IMG/VR virus record: IMGVR_UViG_3300020386_000268
Location: 1-41,479 of that record
DNA: 41,479 nucleotides
Source: a virus
Lineage: Duplodnaviria > Caudoviricetes
Reading direction: 5' to 3' (one strand)
The translations under genes and the position numbers were made by a program. How positions within the stretch are numbered: position 1 is the stretch's first letter; the number at the start of each line of letters is the position of its first letter. The notes under the pieces are model-generated. The model searched no databases, was not told the DNA's origin, and worked only from the letters and a program-made list of their open reading frames with translations. Below are positions 27,828 to 35,176 of this stretch, one piece after another.

Positions 27828-28085
27828 GGGTTTGATTAGCTTCCATCAATCTTTAAATATATATGTATAGACGGCATTTAGCCGTAGTCCCTATCTCCAT
27901 TGGAGGAGGATGTAGTCAACACTGGGAGCGAGGATGCTCTACCACCATGCCTATGTTGGCAATTGTTGATAAGAAGACTACGTTTGGATTGTGTAGTGAG
28001 CGAATCGCTCTTGGGTTTTTAACCTGACTGCTTCTCTTCAGCCGTCTTCAGTAATCTACAGATTGGCATCCGTCCAAAAGACACA

Positions 28086-28117
28086 CAAATATAATGTATT
28101 AGTTCGAATCTACCAAA
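28086..28117 (-). promoter_or_regulatory. Bacteroidota sigma70-type early promoter (TTTG-N20-TATATTTG)
   Basis: Perfect -33/-7 consensus pointing into the ribozyme leader and early operon. Confidence 0.8.
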
Positions 28118-28422
28118 CCACAAATACTAAATCTTACATCATTGGTACATAGGCAATCTTATATATGACTTTATTTTATCGACTTTATAAAAGGTTGGTA
28201 GTGAGGAAAACCCTAGTACATATAAAGAGGGATATAGGGATGTTGCATTACTGCGTGTATTATACGATAGTTTCTCCATTATAGTGGTCTATCGTAACAA
28301 AAAGGTAAAATGTTTGTGTAACTGGATTCTAAAATAGAGGTGCAGTAGGTCTGACAAACGACTTTTCTGTGTGCGTTTGCCGTTTGTATTATATATATAA
28401 CCCAAATACTCAATATTTCTAA

Positions 28423-28496
28423 GGTGGCGGAAAAAAGTATCATTTAAGTGTTTTATATATATAGTGTACATTAAAATGACACTAAAACCCGCCACC
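28423..28496. repeat. Long imperfect inverted repeat in the divergence region
   Basis: GGTGGCGG/CCGCCACC and AGTATCATTT/AAATGACACT arms around a TATATATA centre. Confidence 0.7.
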
Positions 28497-28515
28497 CTAT
28501 TCTTTATAATCTTTG

Positions 28516-28524
28516 TATCTTTGC
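28516..28524 (+). promoter_or_regulatory. -7 promoter element TATCTTTGC for the rightward operon
   Basis: TAnnTTTG about 22 nt before ATG 28546. No -33 element seen. Confidence 0.55.
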
Positions 28525-28545
28525 AGTGAATTAAATCTTTGTCAA

Positions 28546-28698
28546 ATGATTAATATAGTTGTGCAGCCACCGTATGCGTTTATGGTGGGTTTAGAAGCGG
28601 TGTTGAACGACGAAAGAAAGATATCCGGGATCGTATTTCACTTATTATTGTTGTCAATAGAATACAATTGGGATAGTGGTGAGTCAATTTCTATTTGA
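28546..28698 (+). CDS. Small hypothetical protein (50 aa)
   Basis: ATG in frame with ORF 28513..28698, downstream of the promoter element. Confidence 0.6.
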   Translation: MINIVVQPPYAFMVGLEAVLNDERKISGIVFHLLLLSIEYNWDSGESISI

Positions 28699-28939
28699 AG
28701 CGTCTTTATTTGGAGTTATATTTTTAATACTTAAAAAAATATGGAGCCCCTCTGTGAAATATTGGATGGGCCAAATAGTTATTGCGATAAACATTTTTGC
28801 TTGCCTGCTATATATGTATGGAATATATGGTGGCATGATGACCTTAGGGCTTGGGTCCTCAAAAATACTTCTACACGCTATAGTAGCCATTATAATACAT
28901 ACTCTTTTTACAATACAATCAAGCAATGAACACGAGTGA
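28676..28939 (+). CDS. Small membrane protein (about 3 TM)
   Basis: Three hydrophobic segments. Confidence 0.6.
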   Translation: MVSQFLFEASLFGVIFLILKKIWSPSVKYWMGQIVIAINIFACLLYMYGIYGGMMTLGLGSSKILLHAIVAIIIHTLFTIQSSNEHE

Positions 28940-29018
28940 ACATGTCGTTATTTTATCTCTAGCACTTGGTTGGATAATTTTTATAGCCATAGGTTGGTTA
29001 TGGGAAAGAAAATCATAA
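28926..29018 (+). CDS. 30-aa single-TM peptide (not in ORF track)
   Basis: MNTSEHVVILSLALGWIIFIAIGWLWERKS*. Overlaps both neighbours. Confidence 0.55.
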   Translation: MNTSEHVVILSLALGWIIFIAIGWLWERKS

Positions 29019-29149
29019 AGTGTAGTCAGTGTGACAAAGAGTTTGAAAACGGATATGAATATAGATTACATTGGGAGATAAAGCATTTTTATCCATATCT
29101 TAAGAAAAACTCTTTTGATATTGAAAGAGCTAAAAAGGATAAGAAATAA
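29000..29149 (+). CDS. 49-aa C2H2 zinc-finger protein (not in ORF track)
   Basis: MGKKIIKCSQCDKEFENGYEYRLHWEIKHFYPYLKKNSFDIERAKKDKK* contains C-x2-C-x3-F-x8-H-x4-H. Confidence 0.7.
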   Translation: MGKKIIKCSQCDKEFENGYEYRLHWEIKHFYPYLKKNSFDIERAKKDKK

Positions 29150-29190
29150 TATAATTGATTACTTTTACATTACTTTAATAAAATTTAATT

Positions 29191-30780
29191 ATGATAGAAA
29201 AAAATATAGATTTTAATGACGACGCTAAAGTTTCTTTGATTGAAGGAGTAAACAAAGTAGCTGACGCAGTAAGCTCTACACTTGGAGCAGCCGGAACAAC
29301 CGTGATACTTGAAGATCAAACTGGTAGACCACACATAACTAAAGACGGAGTAACAGTTGCAAAGACAATAAACCTATCAGACCCGGTAGAACATCTCGCA
29401 GCTGAGATTATAAAACAAGCCTCTATTAAGACAGCTGATGAAGCTGGAGACGGAACAACCACCTCTATAGTTTTAGCTAGAGCTATTATTGGTAACGCTT
29501 TTGAAAAAATTAAAGAAAACCCCAAAATCAATGTTACAAAACTTAGAGAAGAAATAGAATATTTATCAGATAAGGTATATCAGTATTTAGATAAAAAAGC
29601 AAAACCAGTAGATGAGCAGTCTGTTGAAAGCGTAGCAACTATATCAGCAAACAATGACGCTGCTCTTGGAAAAATAATTTCCCAAGCATACAATAAAGTT
29701 GGGGTTGATGGCGTTGTAACTATAGAGGAGTCTATGACATCTGAAACCTATGTAGAGATAGTTGAAGGAACAAGAATCAAGAAAGGCTTCCAAAGCCCAT
29801 ACCTAATCACTGACAAAGAAAAAAACACTGTCGTACTAGACAATCCCTTTGTTTTAATATCTGATAAAAAAATTGATGTCCTTGAAGACATAGAGGTCCC
29901 ACTTAAGACCGCTATGAATACCAAAAGATCGCTCCTTATCATATCTGAAATAGAACAACCTGTAATGAACGTGCTTAATGTGAATAAGGCAAAAGGTATT
30001 CTTAAGGTGAATGTGCTTCCTCCAGAGGGAGTTGGATTGAATCGGTTTGAATTGTTGGAAGACCTTGCGGCTATGACTGGAGCGATTGTGGTATCAGATC
30101 AGACGGGTAACGATTGGAATGGTGTTACACCTGAATTTCTTGGCGAAGCCAAAAAGTCGGTGTCAACAAATAAAGAAACCATATTAACTCTAAACCTAAA
30201 AAAAACTGCTGACGCAGTTTCAAGTCAAGTAGAGAGAATAAAATCAATATTAAAGAATAAAGAGGATGTATCAAATGATTGGCATTATAGGGATCGACTC
30301 TCTAGGCTGTCCGGCGGCATTGCTGCAATATTTGTTGGAGCCCATACTGAGGTAGAAATGAAAGAAAAGAAGGATAGAGTTGATGACGCAATATGTGCAA
30401 CTAGAGCTGCTCTTGAAGAGGGGATACTTCCAGGGGGTGGTGTTGCTCTTTTCCATGCCTCCTCAACTATATTTGGAATGTCAGTCGGAAAAAAAGAAGA
30501 AAGAAGGGTGGCTTGCGAAATATTATACAAGGCACTTGAAGAACCATTTAGAACCATAGTTCACAATTCAGGTATAAACATAGATCATATAGAAGAAAAG
30601 ATTGTTAAGTCTGGTAGACATTCTTATGGTTATGATGTAAAAAACAAAAGAACAGGAGACATGTTTAAATATGGCATAATTGATCCACTTAAAGTTACAA
30701 AGATGGCTCTGAAGAACGCTATATCTGTATCTAACACTATTCTGCAAACTAATTGTGTAATATCAAACAAAAGAGCATGA
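29191..30780 (+). CDS. groEL: Phage-encoded chaperonin GroEL
   Basis: ITKDGVTVAK, AGDGTTT, VATISANND, KKDRVDDA..ATRAA.EEGILPGGG and GIIDPLKV. Confidence 0.97.
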   Translation: MIEKNIDFNDDAKVSLIEGVNKVADAVSSTLGAAGTTVILEDQTGRPHITKDGVTVAKTINLSDPVEHLAAEIIKQASIKTADEAGDGTTTSIVLARAIIGNAFEKIKENPKINVTKLREEIEYLSDKVYQYLDKKAKPVDEQSVESVATISANNDAALGKIISQAYNKVGVDGVVTIEESMTSETYVEIVEGTRIKKGFQSPYLITDKEKNTVVLDNPFVLISDKKIDVLEDIEVPLKTAMNTKRSLLIISEIEQPVMNVLNVNKAKGILKVNVLPPEGVGLNRFELLEDLAAMTGAIVVSDQTGNDWNGVTPEFLGEAKKSVSTNKETILTLNLKKTADAVSSQVERIKSILKNKEDVSNDWHYRDRLSRLSGGIAAIFVGAHTEVEMKEKKDRVDDAICATRAALEEGILPGGGVALFHASSTIFGMSVGKKEERRVACEILYKALEEPFRTIVHNSGINIDHIEEKIVKSGRHSYGYDVKNKRTGDMFKYGIIDPLKVTKMALKNAISVSNTILQTNCVISNKRA

Positions 30781-31034
30781 AAGCATTAGGTAGCTTTGTT
30801 TTACTAGAAGAGGTAAAAGAAGAAATAAAAAATGACATGGGGCTAGTTGTAACTGCTTCAAGTGAGCAAAAAATAAGATACAAGCTAGCAAAAGTAATAA
30901 CAACAGGAGAAGATGTAAATGGAATTAACGCTGGAGATAGTGTTTATTATGACACTGCTGCTGGTTCTGATATTCGATTGGACGGGAAAAGACTAGTAGT
31001 TGTACACGACAGGGGTGTAGTTATAGTTTTGTGA
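30777..31034 (+). CDS. groES: Co-chaperonin GroES
   Basis: MKALGSFVLL...GLVV...AKVITTGEDV.GI.AGDSVYY...G..I. ATGA overlap with groEL. Confidence 0.85.
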   Translation: MKALGSFVLLEEVKEEIKNDMGLVVTASSEQKIRYKLAKVITTGEDVNGINAGDSVYYDTAAGSDIRLDGKRLVVVHDRGVVIVL

Positions 31035-31771
31035 AATTATTTGATTTAGAGGATGAAAGTTTTTCTCTTCAAACATATATTGAATTCGGTGGATATGATT
31101 TTGTATGGTTTGACGAGCCTATAAATTATTATAATATCGCAGATATAACTGCGAAAATATCTTCATTCGAGCAACTACGTTGGTACGCAGAAGTCTTTCT
31201 GTACTTAAACCCCGACGTTGATCTTAAAATGTTTCAGGGAATATTTCAAGCATTATCTAGTACAGACTTTGGAAAGACGGTAAGGTCTTATGGGCGTGTT
31301 AGAACAGGGTCTATGGTAGAAGATGTCTACAAAAAAAGAATTACACCTTGGTGTAGGAGAAAGAGACGACTTATATTTAATCCAAATGTAATAATGTCTG
31401 CTGAAGAAAAAATAAGCATATCATCTTCCTTAACCAAAAGAGGTGTGGTTTTTAAAAAAACCGACTTACTTGAAACAATTAATTACCTTAATTCATTAAA
31501 TATTTTAATTACTAACGATTCATTATCAAAAAATATGAATTGTTCAAAAGCAACAATAAACAGACTGCTTGATGATCAAACTAAAAATATAATCAAATTT
31601 AATAACACTATGATAAGAGAAGAAATAAAAATACTTAAAGTAGTAGAGTGTATAGAAATACTAACATCAGGTGGCGATGATATAAAAGTTAAGTCTTTAA
31701 AAAAACTTACAGCTGAAAGAGACTATGATATAATTAAAAAAGCAATCTTTAGGTTTGAAAATCACCTCTAG
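31031..31771 (+). CDS. Hypothetical protein with C-terminal HTH-like segment
   Basis: ITNDSLSKNMNCSKATINR. Confidence 0.6.
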   Translation: MKLFDLEDESFSLQTYIEFGGYDFVWFDEPINYYNIADITAKISSFEQLRWYAEVFLYLNPDVDLKMFQGIFQALSSTDFGKTVRSYGRVRTGSMVEDVYKKRITPWCRRKRRLIFNPNVIMSAEEKISISSSLTKRGVVFKKTDLLETINYLNSLNILITNDSLSKNMNCSKATINRLLDDQTKNIIKFNNTMIREEIKILKVVECIEILTSGGDDIKVKSLKKLTAERDYDIIKKAIFRFENHL

Positions 31772-32267
31772 TTTTAAGATTCATCTTTCTTATAATCTCC
31801 CTGTACTTTTTATCTACATATCCAGCTTTCTTTGAAAATATTGGATTTCGGTAAGGATTTTCAGATATTTCTTCTTCTTGCGTTAACTTTTTATAAGTGT
31901 GAGAACAAATCAGTTTACTTTTTTGTGATAACTCGTAAAGGGCCTCTTGGCTAAATCTTTTGCCTTCTCTCCAGGTTTTAATGTATCCCTGCGTAACCAT
32001 ATCACTAAATCTTCTTTTGTCCCAATCAATTAGCTTGGAGAAAGAAAAGAATTGTTTTTTAGTAAATATATTTTCATCATACAAAAAAAGAAGTATTTCA
32101 AGAGTGGGTGTGCCAATTTCATACTTTCTAGTTATGTAGTATTTAATTATCCTCCAGTTTTTAAGAAAATTATGTTTTTTGTGTCTTGGTCTATATGTGG
32201 GCTTCTTGTCGCCTTTTTTGCTAACGTAATAAGCTTTTGGCATAGATTTACATTTGACTTTGTTCAA
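31749..32267 (-). CDS. Putative winged-helix (MarR-like) regulator; true start probably 32243
   Basis: LEILLFLYD...FTKKQF...RFSDMVTQGYI...LYELSQK. Lone minus-strand gene in a + strand region. Confidence 0.6.
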   Translation of the reverse strand: MNKVKCKSMPKAYYVSKKGDKKPTYRPRHKKHNFLKNWRIIKYYITRKYEIGTPTLEILLFLYDENIFTKKQFFSFSKLIDWDKRRFSDMVTQGYIKTWREGKRFSQEALYELSQKSKLICSHTYKKLTQEEEISENPYRNPIFSKKAGYVDKKYREIIRKMNLKTRGDFQT

Positions 32268-32297
32268 ATCTACAAATTTTAAAATTCTTATCTTTGC
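32265..32297. promoter_or_regulatory. Back-to-back -7 elements: TAGATTTG (-, 32265-32272) and TATCTTTGC (+, 32289-32297)
   Basis: Two TAnnTTTG matches between divergent genes. Confidence 0.55.
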
Positions 32298-32318
32298 CTA
32301 TGTAAATAAATTTACAAT

Positions 32319-32618
32319 ATGGCGGCAAAGCTTGATAAATCTAAGATGAGTTGTAACAAACCTAGGAAAAGTCCTAATCCTAAAAAAAAGAAGGTTGTTA
32401 AGGCTTGTTCAGGGGGAACTGAAAAAATAATTCATTATGGTGCTTCAGGCTATGGGCATAATTATAGCACTGCTGCTAGAAAATCTTTTAGAGCTCGACA
32501 TAAGTGTGATCAAGCAAAAAATAAATTGACTGCACGTTATTGGGCTTGTAAAGATTTATGGGCTGGAAAAGGAGGGTCCACAAAATCATCTCCTAAATCG
32601 AAACAAGGAAAATATTAA
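32319..32618 (+). CDS. Small basic conserved phage protein
   Basis: KIIHYG..G...ARKSFRARHKC......ARYWAC..LW, a pattern common in aquatic phages (from memory). Confidence 0.75.
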   Translation: MAAKLDKSKMSCNKPRKSPNPKKKKVVKACSGGTEKIIHYGASGYGHNYSTAARKSFRARHKCDQAKNKLTARYWACKDLWAGKGGSTKSSPKSKQGKY

Positions 32619-32621
32619 AAT

Positions 32622-32807
32622 ATGAAACACAACGGTTATTATCCCCCAGTCGGAAGTACAAACTACGGAATGATGGGTCCGTTTAATAAAAAAAAGAAAA
32701 AAAGAATTGTTTCAAAGAAACAAGGTCCATTTGGAACTATATTTGTAACTGAAAAACCTACTGTAAATGACAGTATTGTTGTTAAAAAACCCAAAAAAAG
32801 AGGATGA
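32622..32807 (+). CDS. Small basic protein
   Basis: 61 aa, ATGA overlap with the next gene. Confidence 0.65.
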   Translation: MKHNGYYPPVGSTNYGMMGPFNKKKKKRIVSKKQGPFGTIFVTEKPTVNDSIVVKKPKKRG

Positions 32808-32986
32808 AGGGGCCTTTTAAAAACCATGCTGGTCTTGGAGATACCGTCGCTGCTGTAACGCAAGCGACAGGAATCAGGGCTATCGTGGAAGCGGGATCAA
32901 GGGCTTTTAACAAGCCTTGTGGCTGCGAGCAAAGAAGAAAAACCTTAAATGATTTATTCCCTTATGGCAAAAGAGAAAAGAAATAA
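32804..32986 (+). CDS. Small conserved phage protein (GLGDTV...CGC..RR..LN)
   Basis: Motif plus coupled start and stop. Confidence 0.7.
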   Translation: MKGPFKNHAGLGDTVAAVTQATGIRAIVEAGSRAFNKPCGCEQRRKTLNDLFPYGKREKK

Positions 32987-33116
32987 AATATGTCCAGCAG
33001 GTATAGCTTGGGCAAAGAGAACATTCGATAGGTATCCATCGGCATACGCAAACATGGCGGCAAGTAAATATTGCAAGGATCCTAATTACGCAAAAAAAGC
33101 AAAAGGTAAAAAGTAA
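32964..33116 (+). CDS. 50-aa basic protein with YPSAYAN motif (not in ORF track)
   Basis: MAKEKRNKICPAGIAWAKRTFDRYPSAYANMAASKYCKDPNYAKKAKGKK*. Confidence 0.7.
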   Translation: MAKEKRNKICPAGIAWAKRTFDRYPSAYANMAASKYCKDPNYAKKAKGKK

Positions 33117-33133
33117 ATATTAAAACAAAAATT

Positions 33134-33283
33134 ATGAAAGTTAAAGCACCGAAAGGTTATCACTGGATGTCTTCAGGAAAAGGAGCTCCAAAACTAATGA
33201 AAAATCCGTCAGGCGGATATAAAGCGCATAAAGGAGGCAGTTTGTCTTTTAATTTTAAAATACAGAAAGTACATAAAAAATAA
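33134..33283 (+). CDS. 49-aa basic protein (not in ORF track)
   Basis: MKVKAPKGYHWMSSGKGAPKLMKNPSGGYKAHKGGSLSFNFKIQKVHKK*, with an A-rich leader. Confidence 0.7.
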   Translation: MKVKAPKGYHWMSSGKGAPKLMKNPSGGYKAHKGGSLSFNFKIQKVHKK

Positions 33284-33287
33284 ACAC

Positions 33288-33740
33288 ATGCAACTCCCCA
33301 AAAATGGCGTGGCCAAAGACATTCGTTCATATGTAGGATCATTATTTATCTTCTTGTTTGTTATAGGAATTATAATTACTTTATTGCAATTTCCTGTACT
33401 TGATTCAAACAAAGAAGTTGTAATGATGCTCATCGGAACAATATCAGCGTCCATACCAATAATTATATCAAGTATTACTGGAACCAAACCAGATGATGTA
33501 AATGCCTTGAAGAGTGAGATAGATAAAAAGAATCATCAGATTGATTTACTTGTTGCTGCAAAAGACAGGTTAGAAGATATGGTAATACAATTACAAAAAC
33601 AAATGCTTGATAACCAAGATGATGTAATGGACAAGATAATCCTCAAAGCTGCATTAGACTATGATGATAGAGCTAAAGCAAAGGCTATCATGAAAAAATG
33701 CACTTGCGGAAAAGAGGAGTGTAAATGTGAAGGAGAATAA
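33288..33740 (+). CDS. Two-TM membrane protein with coiled coil
   Basis: Two hydrophobic helices followed by a heptad region. Confidence 0.7.
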   Translation: MQLPKNGVAKDIRSYVGSLFIFLFVIGIIITLLQFPVLDSNKEVVMMLIGTISASIPIIISSITGTKPDDVNALKSEIDKKNHQIDLLVAAKDRLEDMVIQLQKQMLDNQDDVMDKIILKAALDYDDRAKAKAIMKKCTCGKEECKCEGE

Positions 33741-33742
33741 TC

Positions 33743-33982
33743 ATGGGTGAACTAAAAAAATGGAGAGAGCAAAAGTGGGTTAGAATAGGTACTGACGGGT
33801 CTATACTTGGTCCATGCGGAACTAGTAAAAACAAAAAAAATCCTGACAGATGCTTACCTTTGTCAAAAGCAAGGTCTCTATCTAAATCAGAAAGAGCTGC
33901 AACTGCAAAAAAGAAAAAAAGAGAAGGAGGGTCTGGTAGACAATTCGTTTCAAATACAAAACAAGCAAAAGTAAAATCATAA
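33743..33982 (+). CDS. Small basic conserved phage protein
   Basis: LKKW..QKWV.I......PCG...RCLP..KA. Confidence 0.7.
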   Translation: MGELKKWREQKWVRIGTDGSILGPCGTSKNKKNPDRCLPLSKARSLSKSERAATAKKKKREGGSGRQFVSNTKQAKVKS

Positions 33983-33985
33983 ATT

Positions 33986-34126
33986 ATGCCATACAGTAAA
34001 TATAGTGCAAAGCAAAAGAAACTTGCAAGAGTTGCACCCCCAAGAGATAAAATTACTTCTTTAGACTTGAAAGTCTTGAGGGACAGTAAAAAGAAGAAGA
34101 AGAGAAAGAAAAATGGAAGAGCTTAG
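33986..34126 (+). CDS. 46-aa basic protein (not in ORF track)
   Basis: MPYSKYSAKQKKLARVAPPRDKITSLDLKVLRDSKKKKKRKKNGRA*. Confidence 0.65.
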   Translation: MPYSKYSAKQKKLARVAPPRDKITSLDLKVLRDSKKKKKRKKNGRA

Positions 34127-34271
34127 AATCTACGGAATTAATATATCAGCAATAACAGGAGTGGTTTTAACAGACATAAATCAAGTGCTTTCGCTTTTGG
34201 TGTTAAGCGCAACATTTATATACACAATTATACAAATAGCCGATAAGGTTAAAAACAAATATAAGAAATGA
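34113..34271 (+). CDS. 52-aa holin-like membrane protein (not in ORF track)
   Basis: MEELRIYGINISAITGVVLTDINQVLSLLVLSATFIYTIIQIADKVKNKYKK*. Hydrophobic with a basic tail, upstream of the endolysin. Confidence 0.55.
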   Translation: MEELRIYGINISAITGVVLTDINQVLSLLVLSATFIYTIIQIADKVKNKYKK

Positions 34272-34345
34272 AAAATTTTATAGATAAATTACAACAAGCT
34301 TGGAATAGCCTTTTATACAAACTAATGTTTAAAAAATACAAATGA
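34268..34345 (+). CDS. 25-aa amphipathic peptide (not in ORF track)
   Basis: MKNFIDKLQQAWNSLLYKLMFKKYK*, with ATGA overlaps at both ends. Confidence 0.6.
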   Translation: MKNFIDKLQQAWNSLLYKLMFKKYK

Positions 34346-34686
34346 AATATTTTTCTGAATCAGAGTTTTCAAATTTTGAAATGATGGATGAAAAACTTTT
34401 GACTATGCTTGATAGTTTACGAGAAATCTATGGTAACCCTATCAAGATAACTTCAAGTTACAGAAGCCCAGATCATCCTATAGAGGCTGCAAAAGATTCT
34501 CCTGGAGAGCATTCTTATGGAGCAGCTGTCGATATTGAAAGCGTCGGAGGAGGAAAAACATTCAGACTTGTTAAGGCGGCTATAGAGGTTGGCTTTGAAA
34601 GAATAGGTATAAGCAGAAAGAAGGGGTTTATACATTTAGGTATTGGATACCCTGGAGCGCCAACAAAAACTATTTGGACCTATTAA
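34342..34686 (+). CDS. Peptidase M15A-family endolysin
   Basis: LDSLRE.YG.PI.ITSSYRS, H..GAAVDI, GF.RIG and FIHL. Confidence 0.85.
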   Translation: MKYFSESEFSNFEMMDEKLLTMLDSLREIYGNPIKITSSYRSPDHPIEAAKDSPGEHSYGAAVDIESVGGGKTFRLVKAAIEVGFERIGISRKKGFIHLGIGYPGAPTKTIWTY

Positions 34687-34687
34687 T

Positions 34688-35176
34688 ATGGCAAAACCAA
34701 AAAAGAAATTCGGGCAAACTACAGTAGGTAGACTACTAAAAGCAAGTGTTGGACTTATCAATCCAACTCTTGGTAATTTAATTCAAGGAAACATGTCTAT
34801 AGAGCAAGTAATAAGTTCTATTAAAGATTCAGACGCACCTTTGGATGATAAAATTAGGGCTCAAGAGTTAATATTGGAAGCTTATGAGTCAGAAGTAGCC
34901 GATAGAGCTAGTGCAAGGCAGAGAGAGATGACTGCTCTTGCTGCCGGATCTAATGACATTCTTTTTAAAACTGTAGGCTGGGGAATAACCCTTAGTTTTG
35001 TAGCTGTTGTAGCAGGAGCCATAGGACTATGGGAGATACCAAAAGAAAGTCAAAGACTTTTTGATATGGGATTTGGAGCTGTAGTGGCAGCTTTTACTCA
35101 AGTAATAGGGTATTATTTCGGAAGCTCTATGGGTAGCAAACAAAAAACAAACATAATGAAGGGAACGGATGGCTAG
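34688..35176 (+). CDS. Holin-like membrane protein (start revised)
   Basis: EVADRASARQRE, then two TMs ending VIGYYFGSS.GS. Adjacent to the endolysin. Confidence 0.65.
   Translation: MAKPKKKFGQTTVGRLLKASVGLINPTLGNLIQGNMSIEQVISSIKDSDAPLDDKIRAQELILEAYESEVADRASARQREMTALAAGSNDILFKTVGWGITLSFVAVVAGAIGLWEIPKESQRLFDMGFGAVVAAFTQVIGYYFGSSMGSKQKTNIMKGTDG

Noticed and set aside
28020-28056. Two CUGAAGA heptamers on the minus strand as a second hammerhead
   Set aside because: No stem II followed by GAAA and no matching stems I and III.
28289-28495. 68-aa minus-strand ORF
   Set aside because: GTG start inside a palindrome, upstream of the early promoter, with no protein-like features.
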